Below are positions 26,136 through 40,097 of a DNA stretch of 64,000 bases, in pieces. Where the stretch lies: positions 17,546,001 to 17,610,000 of the forward strand of contig OZ024759.1 of NCBI GenBank assembly GCA_964016885.1, given 5' to 3'. Both the position numbers and the translations under genes were made by a program. Every line of letters begins with the position of its first letter. The stretch's first letter is position 1. The notes beneath the pieces are model-generated. The model was not told the DNA's origin and searched no databases. It saw only the letters and a list, made by a program, of their open reading frames with translations. The DNA comes from Eledone cirrhosa. Its lineage: Eukaryota.

Positions 26136-27088
26136 ACTTCTACTATAGGCACAAGGTCAGTAATTTTGAACAAGAGGAAAATCGATTAAATCGACTCCAT
26201 TACTGGACAGGTAATTTATTTTATCGCGCTTGGAAGGATGAAAGGCAAAATTATCCTTGACAGGGTTTGAGCTCCCAATGTAAAGAACCAGAACAAGTGT
26301 CACAATTCATTTTGTACAACTACAACAATAATAATTGTTTCTACTTTAGGCACAAGGCCAGCAATTACCCAGTGCATTACTGGTACTTTATTTTATCGAC
26401 CCCGTAAGGATGAAAAGCAAAGTCAACCATAATAATGTATTACTGTTTTATGTCTGTTTTTCCATGCTGGCATGGGTTTAGTAATGGCTTTTAATTTAGG
26501 CACAAGGCCAGCAGTTTTAGGAGAGGAGTTATTTGATTAAATTGTTTCGAGTATTCAACTGGTATTTTATTTTATTGACCCTGGAACGATGAAAGGCAAA
26601 GTTGACCTCAGCAAGATTTAAACTCAGATTGTAAAGAGCTGAAACAAATCAAATACTGCTAAACATTTTCTGACATTCTAATGGATCAATGTTTTAATAA
26701 TAATTGTTTCTACTTTTGGCACAAGGCCAACGATTATCCCAGTGCATTACTGGTACTTTATTGTATCGACCCCGTAAGGATGACAGGCAAAGTTAACCTC
26801 AGCAGAATTTGAAATCATAACGTAAAAGGGCCATAACTCTATGCTGCAAAGCATGGTGTCTGACGCTCTACCGATACTGTCAATCCACCACCTTTAATAT
26901 AATTGTTTCTACTTTTGGCTCAAGGCCAGCAATTACCCCAGTGCATTACTGGTACTTTATTGTATCAACCCCCATAAGGATGAAAGGCAAAGTTAACCTC
27001 AGTGACATTTGAACTCATAGTGTAAAGGGTCATAACTCTGTGCTGAAAAACGAGCGTGTAACACTCTACTGATACTGCCAATCCACCA
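26136..27088 (-). mobile_element. SINE A cluster (5 copies) upstream of the GPCR coding exon
   Basis: Family A motifs, all in the same orientation. Confidence 0.8.
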
Positions 27089-27199
27089 CTCAGTGTTTTA
27101 ATAATAATAAGCTGCTTTCATCCTGATCGTAATCGGATACTTAGGGACAATGGCCATTTCTATACATTTCAGTGTACATCATTGGGTAACATAATCAGC

Positions 27200-28390
27200 T
27201 ACAATAGCAGCAGCAGCCACCACAACAGCCACTACAACCAGATTAACAACAGCAGACACCACAGAAACAACATCCACAACACTAACCATAACAACAATAG
27301 CCTCAACAGCCACAATAACATCAACAACAACCACTGGATTCACAACAGCAACCACATCAACAACAATCACAACCACAACTACAACCACCACAACAATCAA
27401 CACAGCAACCACAACAATCAACACAGCAACCACAACAACCACAACAGCAACCACAACAATCACAACACAGCAACCACAACAATCACAACACAGCAACCAC
27501 AACAATCACAACACAGCAACCACAACAATCACAACACAGCAACCACAACAATCACAACACAGCAACCACAACAATCACAACACAGCAACCACAACAATCA
27601 CAACAGCTACCACAACCACATCAACAACAACCACAACACCAATAACAACCACAACAGCACCAATAACAAATGCTACCACAATCACAACAGATACCACAAC
27701 AATCACAGCTACAACCACAACTACAATCACAACAGCTACCACAACAATCACAGCTAGAACCACAACTACAATCACAACAACAACCACACCAATCACAACA
27801 GCTACCACACCAATCACAACAGCTACCATAACAATCACAGCAACCATAACTACAACCACAACAATCACAACAGCTACCACATCAATCATGGCCACCACAA
27901 CCACAACTAAACAACAACCACACCAATCACAACAGCTACCACAACAATCACAGCAACCACAACAATCACAACAGCTACTACACTAATCACAACAGCTACC
28001 ACAACAATCACAACTACAACCACAACAATCATAAAAGCTACTACACTAATCACAACAGCTACCACAACAATCACAGCCACAACAACTACAACCACAACAG
28101 CTACCACAACAATCACAGCCACAACAACTACAACCACAACAGCTACCACAACAATCACAGCCACAACAACTACAACCACAACAATCACAACAGCTACCAC
28201 AACAATCACAACTACAACCACAACAATCATAAAAGCTACTACACTAATCACAACAGCTACCACAACAATCACAGCCACAACAACTACAACCACAACAGCT
28301 ACCACAACAATCACAGCCACAACAACTACAACCACAACAATCACAACTACAACCACAACTACAACCACAACAGCTGCCACAACAACAATA
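27200..28390. repeat. (CAA/CAC)-rich cryptic triplet repeat with 23-bp and longer subrepeats
   Basis: Directly visible; it explains the poly-V/T/N ORFs. Confidence 0.85.
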
Positions 28391-29093
28391 TATTGTCTGT
28401 TATTTATAAACTCTTGTTCAGATCCAATGAAGTTGTTTATATACAAGGATATGGCTGTGGTTTCATGAGTTTATTTCTGGACTAGACTAACTGCATGAGT
28501 GTGTGTGTATATATCTGTGTGTATATGTCTCTGTATGTGTGTATATGTGTGTCTCTGTGTGTATATGTCTGTGTGTGTATATGTGTCTGTGTGTGCGCGC
28601 ATGTGTATGTTTAAATGTCTCTGTGTGTATATGTTTGTGTGTCTGTGTGTCTGTATATGTCTGTGTGTAAATGTTCGTGTGTGTAAATGTGTCTCTGTAT
28701 GTAAATGTCTGTGTGTATGTGTGTCTCTGTATGTGTTTGTGTGTGTGTCTGTGTATATGTGTCACTGTGTGTACATGTGTCTTTGTATATGTCTGTGTGT
28801 GTGTGTGTGTATATGTCTCTGTTAGTGTATATGTTTGTGTATATGTCTCTGTTAGTGTATATGTTTGTGTGTCTGCGTATGTGTGTGCCCATGGGTATGT
28901 GTGTCTATATGTTTGTGTATGTGTTTGTGTGTCTCTGTGTTTGTATTATGTATGAGTGCATATATGTATATATATATATATATATGTGTGTGTTTGTGTG
29001 TGTGTGCACTTGTGGGTATGTATATTATGTGTGTATGTATATATATATCATTGTATTTGTGTGTTTATGCATATGTGTGCATATATATATATG

Positions 29094-29146
<53 letters not shown>

Positions 29147-29644
29147 TTGTGTACTTGCATATGCATTTAGGTGTGTAGGTATATTTAGGTGGATGTATGT
29201 ATGTGTGTGCATGTACATGTAGTAAATGTAGCATTTTCTCTGAACATGAAATTCATATTAGAATTTGTATGAACAAAAACAAAATTTGCCCCCCCCCCCC
29301 CCCCCCCTCCGCTCATCTCTTCCTCATCCCCTCTTCACTTTTGGCATAAACAAACAAACGATAACAAGTAGGAACAAACGAACAAACAAATAAAAATGAC
29401 AGACATGGAGTTTATAGTGAGGAAATTAAATTTATTTTAAATTTCCTTGTTTGAAAATTTACAATTAAAAAATTAGTAAAAGAAAAAAAATGAAATGTGA
29501 GTGTCTAGGGAGAGGGAGGGAAGGAAGGGTGGAGAGAAAGATGAAAGGAAATAACAGAGAGAAAGACAGAGAGAGAGAGAGAGACATATAGAGATAAGAT
29601 ATAGGAAGATAGTGAGAGAGATTAAGGGAAAAGCGAACGTAAAA

Positions 29645-29810
<166 letters not shown>

Positions 29811-29870
29811 ACACACAGATAAGATCTCTCTCTCTATATATATATAGAGAGAGAGATAGTGAGAAAGATA

Positions 29871-29902
<32 letters not shown>

Positions 29903-30121
29903 ATGAGAGGGAGAGAAAGACTTTTTCTTAGTCCTTGTCATTTTATTCATCTCTTTCTCTACCCACTACATATATATATAAATGTATATATATATATACA
30001 TACACATACACATGCATGGTGGGAAACTACCATGTCCACAGATGTGTATCTGGAACCAGCCAGATCGAGAATTATATATTCAAAGAGAGAGAGATAGAGA
30101 GAAAATTGTCTGTGTTTATAA

Positions 30122-30309
30122 TAATTGTTTCTACTTTAGGCACAAGGCCAGCAATTACCCAGTGCATTACTGGTACTTTATTTTATCGACCCCGTAAGGA
30201 TGAAAGGCAAAGTCAACCTCGGCGGGATTTGAACTCAGATCGTAAAGGGACGTAACTATGCTGGAAAGCATGGCGTCCGACCCTCTACTGATACTGCCAA
30301 TCCACCGCC
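30122..30309 (-). mobile_element. SINE A full-length copy
   Basis: Very similar to the copy at 2446..2621. Confidence 0.85.
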
Positions 30310-31055
30310 CTCTGTGTTTATAATAATGACACACTCTGTGTTTATAATAATGACACACTCACTCATACATGCACACACATACATATTAGCTGTTCTCATA
30401 ATCACAGTACCCTCCCCCCATGCTAATGGAGATCATCCTTTCTCCTTCCACTCATCATCATGTCACTTACCCCCCCCCCCCTCCGACTTGGCATTCACCC
30501 ATTACATACATTTTCACCTGTCCTACATGCCATACACCCATGACACTTCCTTCTTACCTGCCTCCTTTTCTTCCACTACACCATACAGTAGAGTGAGCCA
30601 TTCTGTTGTGTCAATGACTGCTAACCTCTCTAGTGCTGGTGCCATGCAAAATGCACCCAGTACACTCTGTAAAGTGATTGGTGAAAGGAAGGGCATCCAG
30701 CTGTAGAAACCATGCCAAAAAGGGGTCAAGTGGACCCCTAAGTTGTGTCAATGGTACAGCAATCTCTTTTGTTTTGATGAGATAAATGCACCCAGTGCGC
30801 CCTGTAAAGTGAGAGGAAAGGCTTCCAGCTGTAGAAACCATGTCAAAAAAACTGGTCAAGAGGACCCCTAAGTTGTGTCAATGACAAAACAACCTATCTT
30901 ATCGTAGCACATGATAAATGCATCCCATACACCCTGTAAAATGATTGGTGAGAGGAAGGGCATCCAGTTGTAGAAACTGTGCCAAACAAAGGGTTAGTAG
31001 GGCTTTTCAGCTGTGTCCAGGACACAAAAACATTCTCCATATTGGCACCATGATA

Positions 31056-31260
31056 ATGGTTTCTTATATAGACACACGGCCAGCAATTTTGGGGGGAGGG
31101 GAAAGTCGATTAAATCGACCTCAGTGCGTGACTGGTACTTTATTTTATCGACCCGGTAAGGATGAAAGGCAAAGTTAACCTCGGCGGGATTTGAACTCAG
31201 ATCATAAAGGGCAGTAACTTTATGCTGCAAAGCATGACGTCTGACCCTCTACTGATACTG
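31056..31260 (-). mobile_element. SINE A copy
   Basis: Family A motifs. Confidence 0.8.
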
Positions 31261-31405
31261 TATGCACCCAGTGCACTATTTAAAGCACTGGAAAGTATAT
31301 AAGTGAGATTCTGTGGGGTCAGTCATGACGACCCAGCCAACACTTGCTAGCAATGGCAATGGCCATTAAATGATGAGTTTGTGTGTCTCTCTCTCTCTCT
31401 CTATA

Positions 31406-31446
<41 letters not shown>

Positions 31447-32789
31447 CACATATATATTCCCAATATATAACTCTCTCTCTCTCTCTGTATGTATGTATAT
31501 ATATACACACACACATTATTAGACCAGATTAAAAGTTTAAGCAAATTTCAGGATTCTGGCCTTTGTATTTTTTACTACTATATCATCATTATCATCATCT
31601 TCGTTTATCGTCCATTTTCCACGCTAGCATGGGTTAGACTCCAACTTGAGGCAAGGTCGGTCGGGTGACCGTGTCTCGCTCATATAGGACTATCTGGCAG
31701 GTTTTCTACGGCTGGATGCCCTTCCTAACACCAACTATATATATATATATATATATATAAAATCTAAAAATATATTTATATATATATATATTCACACACA
31801 TATGATGCATACTCACATATATTTATACAGAGACGGTAGAAGATAGAGGAAGCTGCAGGCAGTGGTGTAAGGAGGAGGGAGTTACGGAGGTGGTGGTGGG
31901 GAGGCCTACTGTTACATGAAAATGTTAATTCAGGAACATTTTAATTTTGATGTAATAAATTTTGTTTTTGTTTTAATATTTTATGTATTTAATTAATTTG
32001 TTTTTTAGATTTTGTCAGACTAATGGATGTTTTGTATCAAACACACACACACACATACACACAGACATACACACACACACACACACAGACATACACACAC
32101 ACACACACACACGCAGTGTTCACATGTGTGTCTGTGTATATGTATGCATGCATGTATCTGTGTGTTTTTGTGTATATGTGTTTGTGTATATGTGGTTGTG
32201 TGTATGTGTATGTGTGTTAGTGGCTATGTTTGTATGTACACATGTGTGTTTGTATTTTTGTGTACATGTGTGTTTGTGTGTTTGTGTGTGTGTGTATATT
32301 TGTGTGTGTGCATGTTTGTATATTTTGTGTGTGTGTTTGTATGTTTATATATTTGTGTATGTGTTTGTATGTTTATATATTTGTGTGTGTTTGTATGTTT
32401 ATATATTTGTGTGTGTTTGTATGTTTATATATTTGTGTGTGTGTTTGTATGTTTATATATTTGTGTGTGTGTTTGTATGTTTATATATATGTTTGTGTGT
32501 ATGTGTGTTTGTATATTTATGTCTGTCTATAAATGCATCATCATCACCATCATTACCACCACCATCATCATCATCATCACCACCATTATCATCACCATCA
32601 ATGTCATCATCACCATCATTACCATCATCACCACCATAACCATTCTCACCACCACCACCATCATCTCACCATTACCATCATCCTCATCATCACCAACAGA
32701 ACCAATATCACCACCACCATCATCATCACAACCACTGTTATCATCCTCACCATCAATGTTATCACCATCATCACCAATATAACCGATAT

Positions 32790-33740
32790 CACCACAACCA
32801 CCACCATCATTTCAACTATCATCATCACCATCAATATAATCATTACCATCACCACCACCACCACCATCATTTCAACTATCATCATCACCATCAATATAAT
32901 CATTACCATCACCACCACCACCACCATCATTTCAACTATCATCATCACCATCAATATAATCATTACCATCACCACCACCACCACCATCATCAACATTTCA
33001 ACTATCATCATCATCACCATCAATATAATCATTACCATCACCACCACCACCATCAACATTTCAACTATCATCATCATCACCATCAATATAATCATTACCA
33101 TCACCACCACCACCATCAACATTTCAACTATCATCATCATCACCATCAATATAATCATTACCATCACCACCACCACCATCAACATTTCAACTATCATCAT
33201 CATCACCATCAATATAATCATTACCATCACCACCACCATCATCAACATTTCAACTATCATCATCATCACCATCAATATAATCATTACCATCACCACCACC
33301 ACCATCAACATTTCAACTATCATCATCATCACCATCAATATAATCATTGCCATCACCACCACCACCATCAACATTTCAACTATCATCATCATCACCATCA
33401 ATATAATCATTACCATCACCACCACCACCATCAACATTTCAACTATCATCATCATCACCATCAATATAATCATTACCATCACCACCACCATCATCAACAT
33501 TTCAACTATCATCATCATCACCATCAATATAATCATTACCATCACCACCACCACCATCAACATTTCAACTATCATCATCATCACCATCAATATAATCATT
33601 GCCATCACCACCACCACCATCAACATTTCAACTATCATCATCATCACCATCAATATAATCATTGCCATCACCACCACCACCATCAACATTTCAACTATCA
33701 TCACCATCACCATCAATATAATCATTACCATCACCACCAT
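32790..33740. repeat. ~60-bp higher-order repeat of (ATC/ACC) triplets
   Basis: atttcaactatcatc...aatataatcattaccatcacc recurs about 15 times. Confidence 0.9.
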
Positions 33741-34364
33741 CATCATCACCATCAATATTATCACCTTTATCAACATCAACAAAAATGAAACAAAACAATA
33801 ATATAAAAATGAGAAAAACAATGAGAAAAACTGTTCTTACATGACCCTTTATTTTTAATCATATAATTATTGATGTGGTGGTAGTGGTGGTGGTGGTGGT
33901 GGTGGTGGTGGTGGTGGTGGTAGTGGTGGTGGTAGTAGTGGTGGTGGTGGTGGTGGTGGTGGTGGTGGTGGTGGTGGTGGTGGTGGTGGAGTTAGTAGTA
34001 GTAGTGGCGGCGGTGGTGGTAGTAGTAGCAGAAGTAATGTTTGTTGTGGTAATAGTGCCGGTGGTGGTATTTGTAGCGGTGGTGGTAATAGTAGTAGTAG
34101 TAGTAGTTGTAGTTATTGTATTTGAGGAGCCAAACAAATTTTCCCATTATTTTCTGATCTGGAATGGAATGGCCAGAGTCATGTATTTTATGTTCGTCTA
34201 ACAGTTGTTGTTGTTGTGCTTGTTGTTGTTGTTGTTGTGCTTGTTGTTGTTGTTGTTGTTGTAATGATGTTGATTTGGTTGTTATTTTGTTATCTTGTTG
34301 TAGTGGTGGCGGTAGGGATAATGTTGTTATTGGTTTTCCTGTTTTTGCAATAATCTTGATTTGG

Positions 34365-34426
<62 letters not shown>

Positions 34427-34789
34427 GATGTGATTGTTGTTGTAGTTGATGTGATTGTTGTTGTTACTGAGATGATGGTTGTTGATGTGCTTGTTGTTGT
34501 AGTTGTTGCTGTGATTGTTGTTGTTGCTGTTGAGGTTGTTGTTGTTTTTGTTGTTGCTGTAGTTGATGTTGCTGCGGTTGTTGTTATTGCTGAGGTTGTT
34601 GTTGTTGTGGTTGTTGTTGTAGTTGTTGTTATTTCTGAGGTTGTTGTTGTTGTTGTAGTAGTTGTTGTTGTTGCTGAGGTGGTTGTTGTTGTTGTAGTTG
34701 TTGTTGTAGGGGTTGTTGTCGATATTGTTGCTTTGGTTTTTGTTGTTATTGTAGTTGTTGTTATCATGGCGTTGTATGTATGTGTATAT

Positions 34790-34976
34790 GTACATATATA
34801 CATGTTTACATGTATGTCTGTGTATATATACATGTTTATATGTATGTCTGTGTATATATACATGTTTACATATATGTCTGTGTATATATACATGTTTATA
34901 TGTATGTCTGTGTATATATACATGTTTACATGTATGTCTGTGTATATATACATGTTTATATGTATGTCTGTGTATA
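34790..34976. repeat. 30-bp minisatellite (~6 copies)
   Basis: catgtttayatgtatgtctgtgtatatata repeated. Confidence 0.9.
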
Positions 34977-35044
34977 TGCATATTTATATATCTGTATATG
35001 CATGTCTATATATCTGTGTATATGCATATTTATATGTATGTATA

Positions 35045-35228
35045 ATTGATTCTACTTTTGGCACAAGGCCAGCAATTATCCCAGTGTATTACTGGTACTT
35101 AATTTTATCGACCCCGTAAGGATGAAAGGCAAAGCTAACCTCGGCGGGATTTGAACTCAGATCATAAAGGGCCGTAACTCTATGCTGCAAAGCATGTCGT
35201 CCGACCCTCTACCGATTCTGCCAATCCA
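35045..35228 (-). mobile_element. SINE A full-length copy
   Basis: Family A motifs. Confidence 0.85.
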
Positions 35229-35291
35229 CAATGATGTATGTTGTGTGCCTGTGTGTATATCTATGTTTCTGTGAAAGGGAGGAGATATGTG

Positions 35292-35560
35292 ATCATCATC
35301 ATCATCACCGTTTTACGTCTGTTCTTCCACGCTAGCATGGGTTAGACGGGTTGTCCTGTTGTGGGCAGTGTTTGGTCGGCTGACCATGCCTTGCTCATAC
35401 AGGAACTGATTTGGCTTGATTTCTACAGCTGGATGCCCTTCCTAACACCAACCTCATTTACAGTGAGTGCTGGGTGCTTTTTCGTGGCGCCTACACGTCC
35501 ACTTTACAGTGTGGGCTGGGTGCTTTTTTTGCCGTGGCACCTCCACGACCACCTTGCGGT
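35292..35560 (-). mobile_element. SINE B copy
   Basis: Reverse complement of the 6315 copy. Confidence 0.8.
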
Positions 35561-35917
35561 GGTGGGGTGGGGTGGGGGGGCATATTGTCTATATGCTTCA
35601 GCTTGTACCCATGGGAGGTCGGGTACTCTGTATTACTGTGTGACGCCAGAAGTGATATTAGTAGATTACTAGCAGCAAGATTTAGATAAAGCCATTCCTG
35701 ACCCCATGACACTTTTATAAGACATCAACACCATAGGTTGGTGATGCGGACGGTGGAACTATGCAAAAGATCATATATATATATAAGCAAAAGGAATATT
35801 TAATTTGTTGGTAATTCAACAAATATAAATGTTTATAACTGATTCAAAGACTATCCAGGAAAAACTTGAACCGTTAAGTTCTCCCTCGTTATGTCAATAT
35901 TTATAAAACAAACTTTG

Positions 35918-35978
35918 TATTTTATCTGATGAGAGCGTACCAAAGTTTTGGTACCCTTGAAATATATATAATAGAATA
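35918..35978 (+). ncRNA. Minimal type I hammerhead ribozyme
   Basis: TATTTTAT-CTGATGA-GAGC GTACCAAA GT TTTGGTAC CCTT-GAAA-TATATA-TA-ATAGAATA. Stem I is 8 bp, stem II is long, and stem III is the palindrome ATATATAT. Confidence 0.8.
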
Positions 35979-36456
35979 AATATGGTTTTATAAATATAGT
36001 TTCCATTTATTTAATATCATTGATATATTTATATAGATAGATATAGATCTACATCTCTCTCTCTGTATATATATATATATATATATAAACCTCCCAGTCC
36101 ACACTGTAAATGTGGTTGGTGTTAAGAAGGGCATCCAGCCGTAGAAAACCCGCCAGACAGTCCTATACGAGCAAGACAACCAATCTCGTCTCAAGTGGGA
36201 ACATTCCCGTCCAAACCCATGCAAGCGTGGAAGATGGACGTTAAACGATGATGATGATATAATATATATATATTTCCCTGAGTCGTTTTCTTTTCGTTGT
36301 TCTGGTCCTAGCGGCTCGCATTTTGGTCACTGTCTTTAATTTGCATAGCTGTCTAAATGTAATGTTATAACTCTAAGGTAAAATTCCTTATTGCACTTCC
36401 CGACTGCATTCGTTAGCTTGCCCGCAACCAGAGCTTCGATTATGCTATACTACCTT

Positions 36457-36510
<54 letters not shown>

Positions 36511-36725
36511 TAGATAGATACACTTTGTTTTTATTTTGCAGGATTTCTTATAAAAAAAAACATGTTGAAACAGATATTGTTAAACTTTGCCATTAAAAAC
36601 ACACACATAACTGTTGAATTTCACTTCAATTTACTATAAACTCCCAGTAGGTTAATATAATATATCACAAAAACAAGATGATGTTGGACAGAACTAAGGA
36701 GAGACACAAAATAACAACAAAGGTA

Positions 36726-36768
36726 GTCACTGAGGAGGTCACAGAATGTGTGACGAAAGAGCTTTGAC
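36726..36768 (+). ncRNA. Minimal type I hammerhead ribozyme
   Basis: GTCA-CTGAGGA-G-GTCACA(GAATG)TGTGAC-GAAA-GAGC-TT-TGAC. Stem I is a perfect 4 bp, stem II is 6 bp, and stem III is short and near-palindromic. Confidence 0.8.
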
Positions 36769-36912
36769 AATCGACTACTAAACAACCATCTTGCTATTAA
36801 ACTATTTTGTTATTAAACTATTTTGTTATTAAACTCTGTGTGTGTATATATAGATACACACAGACATATATATATATATATATGCACTTTTAACCATTAT
36901 ATGTAGAGCAAA

Positions 36913-37051
36913 TATTTATTGTTAGCACAGATTAAAAGTTTAAGCAAACAATTTCTGATTTCTCTCTAAAGCGACATCTTCAGAAGATCTCGCTTTAGGG
37001 TGAAATCCGACATTGTTTGCTTAAACTTTTAATCTGCGCTAACAATAAATA
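36913..37051. mobile_element. Fold-back element family P3 (hammerhead-like core at the apex)
   Basis: About 68-bp imperfect arms centred on atcttcagaagat (CTGAAGA on the minus strand), with GAAA after a short stem. Related non-palindromic fragments lie at about 19683..19750 and 31520..31550. Confidence 0.6.
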
Positions 37052-37266
37052 AATAAATATCATCATCATTATCGATTAAAGTCTATCTTCCAATCTAGCA
37101 TGGCTGAGATGGGATTGTCCCATTTAGAGGCAAATTGGGTTGGGTGACCGTGTCTCGCTCTTATAGGACTGTTTCTGGTGGAGTTTTACGGCTGGATGCC
37201 CTTCCTAAAGCCAACCACATTGACAGTGGGCTGGGTGGCTTTTGTCATGACACCTACACAATCACA

Positions 37267-37297
<31 letters not shown>

Positions 37298-37506
37298 TGT
37301 ATATATATATATATACACACACATATATATATATATGCAGTTCTTACCATTATATGTATATATGTGTCTGTGTGTGTGTATATATATATATATTGCAAGC
37401 CGGGGAAAGCGGACGTAAAATGATGATGATATATATATACAAACATGAATATATATATAGATAGTTATATATATATATATATATAAAGGATTATGATATG
37501 CATAAA

Positions 37507-37950
37507 TGAAGGCGCATGGCTTAGTGGTTAGAGCATTGGGCATGCAATCGAAAGGTTGTGAGTTCAATTCTCAGACCGAGTGATGAGTTGTTTCCTTGAG
37601 CAAGACACTTTATTTCACATTGCTCCAGTTTACTCAGCTGTAGAAATGAGATAATAGGGACTGGGGTCCCTATCATTCCACTGCAAAGTGGTCGTGGAGG
37701 TGCCACGGCAAAAAAGCACCTACCCCACACTGTAAAGTGGACGTGTAGGCGCCACGGAAAAAAAGCACCCAGCATTCACTGTAAATGAGGTTGGTGTTAG
37801 GAAGGGCATCCAGCTGTAGAAATCAAGCCAGAATCAGTTCCCGTATGAGCAAGACAAGGTCAGCTGACCGGACACTGCCCACAACAGGACAACCCATCTA
37901 ACCCATGCTAGCGTGGAAGAACGGGTGTAAAACGGTGATGATGATGATGA
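37507..37950 (+). mobile_element. tRNA-headed SINE (A box TGGCTTAGTGG, B box GAGTTCAATTC) followed by a SINE B body
   Basis: Pol III boxes at 37517..37571 and family B body at 37680..37950. Confidence 0.7.
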
Positions 37951-38282
37951 TAGTTATATATATATATACATATATATAAAGGATTATGATATACATAAAT
38001 AGGTGGGAAACAACACACGCCACTGGTGCAAGTCCAATGCTGGCACAACTTTCTCTACTTACAACCTTTACTTCCAGGTTGTAGGTTGCTCTGCTAGTTC
38101 ATAGCACAGTGCTGTGAAGAAGTCTATATTTGCTTTTGACTACATGGGCACCTAAACTACTTTGGTAGGTTGCACCATACTTTCACAAAGTCATACTCAA
38201 TTGCAATTGGCAGCTGTAGATTTATAAAATAATATACAGATAACATTATAATATACAGATAACATACATTAGAACATTATAT

Positions 38283-38402
38283 CAGGTGGTGCAAAAGTTG
38301 TGCACCAGTATGTTACATAAAAGAAATCAAAGATTATCCTCTCTTATATAAATAATTTTTCTACCCTTGATTAGGGCGGTGCAGGACTTTTGCACCACCC
38401 TG
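38283..38402. mobile_element. Tc1/mariner-like MITE
   Basis: TIRs CAGGTGGTGCAAAAGT..TGCACC and GGTGCAGGACTTTTGCACCACCCTG followed by TA. Confidence 0.6.
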
Positions 38403-38656
38403 TATATATTCACCCTTGCTGGTGGCCGACACTGCCTGAATAGAAGTGAGTAATGAGACAGTTTGGAGACTATGAATGCCTGAAGTCTCTCTCTTTCTTA
38501 TAACAACTATATTTATAAGAAATGTATTGCAATCTCTATTTCATGCCTCAAAAACTGGTGATGGACCTACGACCTCTCTTGGGGAGGGGGGTATGGGATG
38601 ACGCACAAAGATTGCTTATCCTGAGACCCCCAAAAGGGTTCGGAAAGGAGTAAACC

Positions 38657-38752
38657 TTGACAATTGGTACCTGGAACATCATAACCCATAACCTCTACAG
38701 GGATCCAGCCAGATCAATTGGAGATGGTTGCTTCTGAGATGACTTGCTGTAA
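38657..38752 (+). pseudogene. Frameshifted AP-endonuclease N-terminus of an RTE-type LINE
   Basis: Translates LTIGTWNIIT, then across a cataacc duplication ..LEMVASEM, matching the IxTWNVRTL...EM start of LINE APE domains. Confidence 0.55.
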
Positions 38753-39879
38753 GGAGTGTTTGAGGACTTTGCCCCCCCCCCCCCACGATCCTCTCACGAA
38801 TAAGTGGGCAAAGGATGAGGAGGAGGAGGAGAATATTTGTGGATATTGATTAAAGAGTACATGTAGAATTAATATCAATATAACAAAAAAAAAACACACA
38901 GTCTACGCTGTAATATGGTCGTGTAGGTAACATGGTAAAAACCTCCCAGTCCACACTGTAAACGTGGGTGGTGTTAGGAAGGGCATCCAGCTGTAGAAAA
39001 GCTGCCAGACACTTCCATACGAGCGAGACGACCAATCTTGCCTCAAGTGGGATAATTTCCGTCTAAACCCATGCTAGTGTGGAAGATGGACGTTGATGAT
39101 AAGTTTTGAACATATCTTTTATTGTTTTATTTTTATAAAAGATATCTGTTGACTTTATAAAGAGTATTTGTGGATATTATAGAAAGAGTATGGGATGAAT
39201 ATGGTAATATTCATGTTTAAATAAGACCATAATTATATTCATAATCGGTATGAGAAGAGTTCCTCACATGTAAGAATAAATATCTCCTCTGAAAAGCAGT
39301 TTGAATAAATAGGAAATGCGAGAGGTGTTATAAGTTTTCAAAAGAATTATGATTATTACGAACTCCACCATGATCCACGTAATTGGTTTATCTAAGAAAT
39401 AATTAATTCAGATAATTTCTCTGGAGCAATTTAACATTGTCATCACAAAATCTGATTACCATACTAATAGAGTGAAAGTCATAACCTGATTGCAAAGCTT
39501 GCTGCCTCTTTTCATGTTTGGAATAGAACGAATGTAAAATCAACAGCGTTTCACTTGTTCTCTTAATTTGCCTGCTTAGAGTCATTGTCACACTATTGTT
39601 ATGGAGTAGATAACACAGCTTTGGTTGACAACCATTGTAGTGGTCATTGGGGTGGTGGTCATTGATTATCTAAATGGCCAGCTATAGCCAGCAATAACCA
39701 GACTATAGGACAGTTGATTAAATCAACATACCAATTGATTAAGAAAATATATAGTTTATCTATGTTTATTTGCTTGGGTTTATGTCGGGCATCTTAACAT
39801 TTTGACAAAAAAAAAGTTTCATAAAATAAGTACCAGAATTTTTTTTAAATGGTTGATATAATAAACTAAAGATCTTTAA

Positions 39880-40097
39880 CCCTTTAGCATTTAAACTGGC
39901 CCTATCTGGCCAGAATTCTCTCACCGCTTTCTATTCAAAGTGGCTGTAACTGGTCACTGATACTGATAAGGTATTGTTTTCAAGATAAATAATATCAAAA
40001 TCTCATAGGTTTGATATTATGTGAGATAATTATGTAAAGTAAAGCCTTTACCATGAAAATATAATAGTAAATATAGAATAATATAAATGCTAAAGGG
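39880..40097. mobile_element. piggyBac-like MITE
   Basis: TTAA|CCCTTTAGCATTTA ... TAAATGCTAAAGGG|TTAC terminal inverted repeats. Confidence 0.75.

Noticed and set aside
32533-35119. Long ORFs (422, 386 and 329 aa) rich in T/I/V/M/N
   Set aside because: Translations of triplet repeats, open in several frames on both strands.
37511-37580. Possible tRNA gene
   Set aside because: A and B boxes are present, but there is no complete cloverleaf and it continues into a SINE body, so it is a SINE head.
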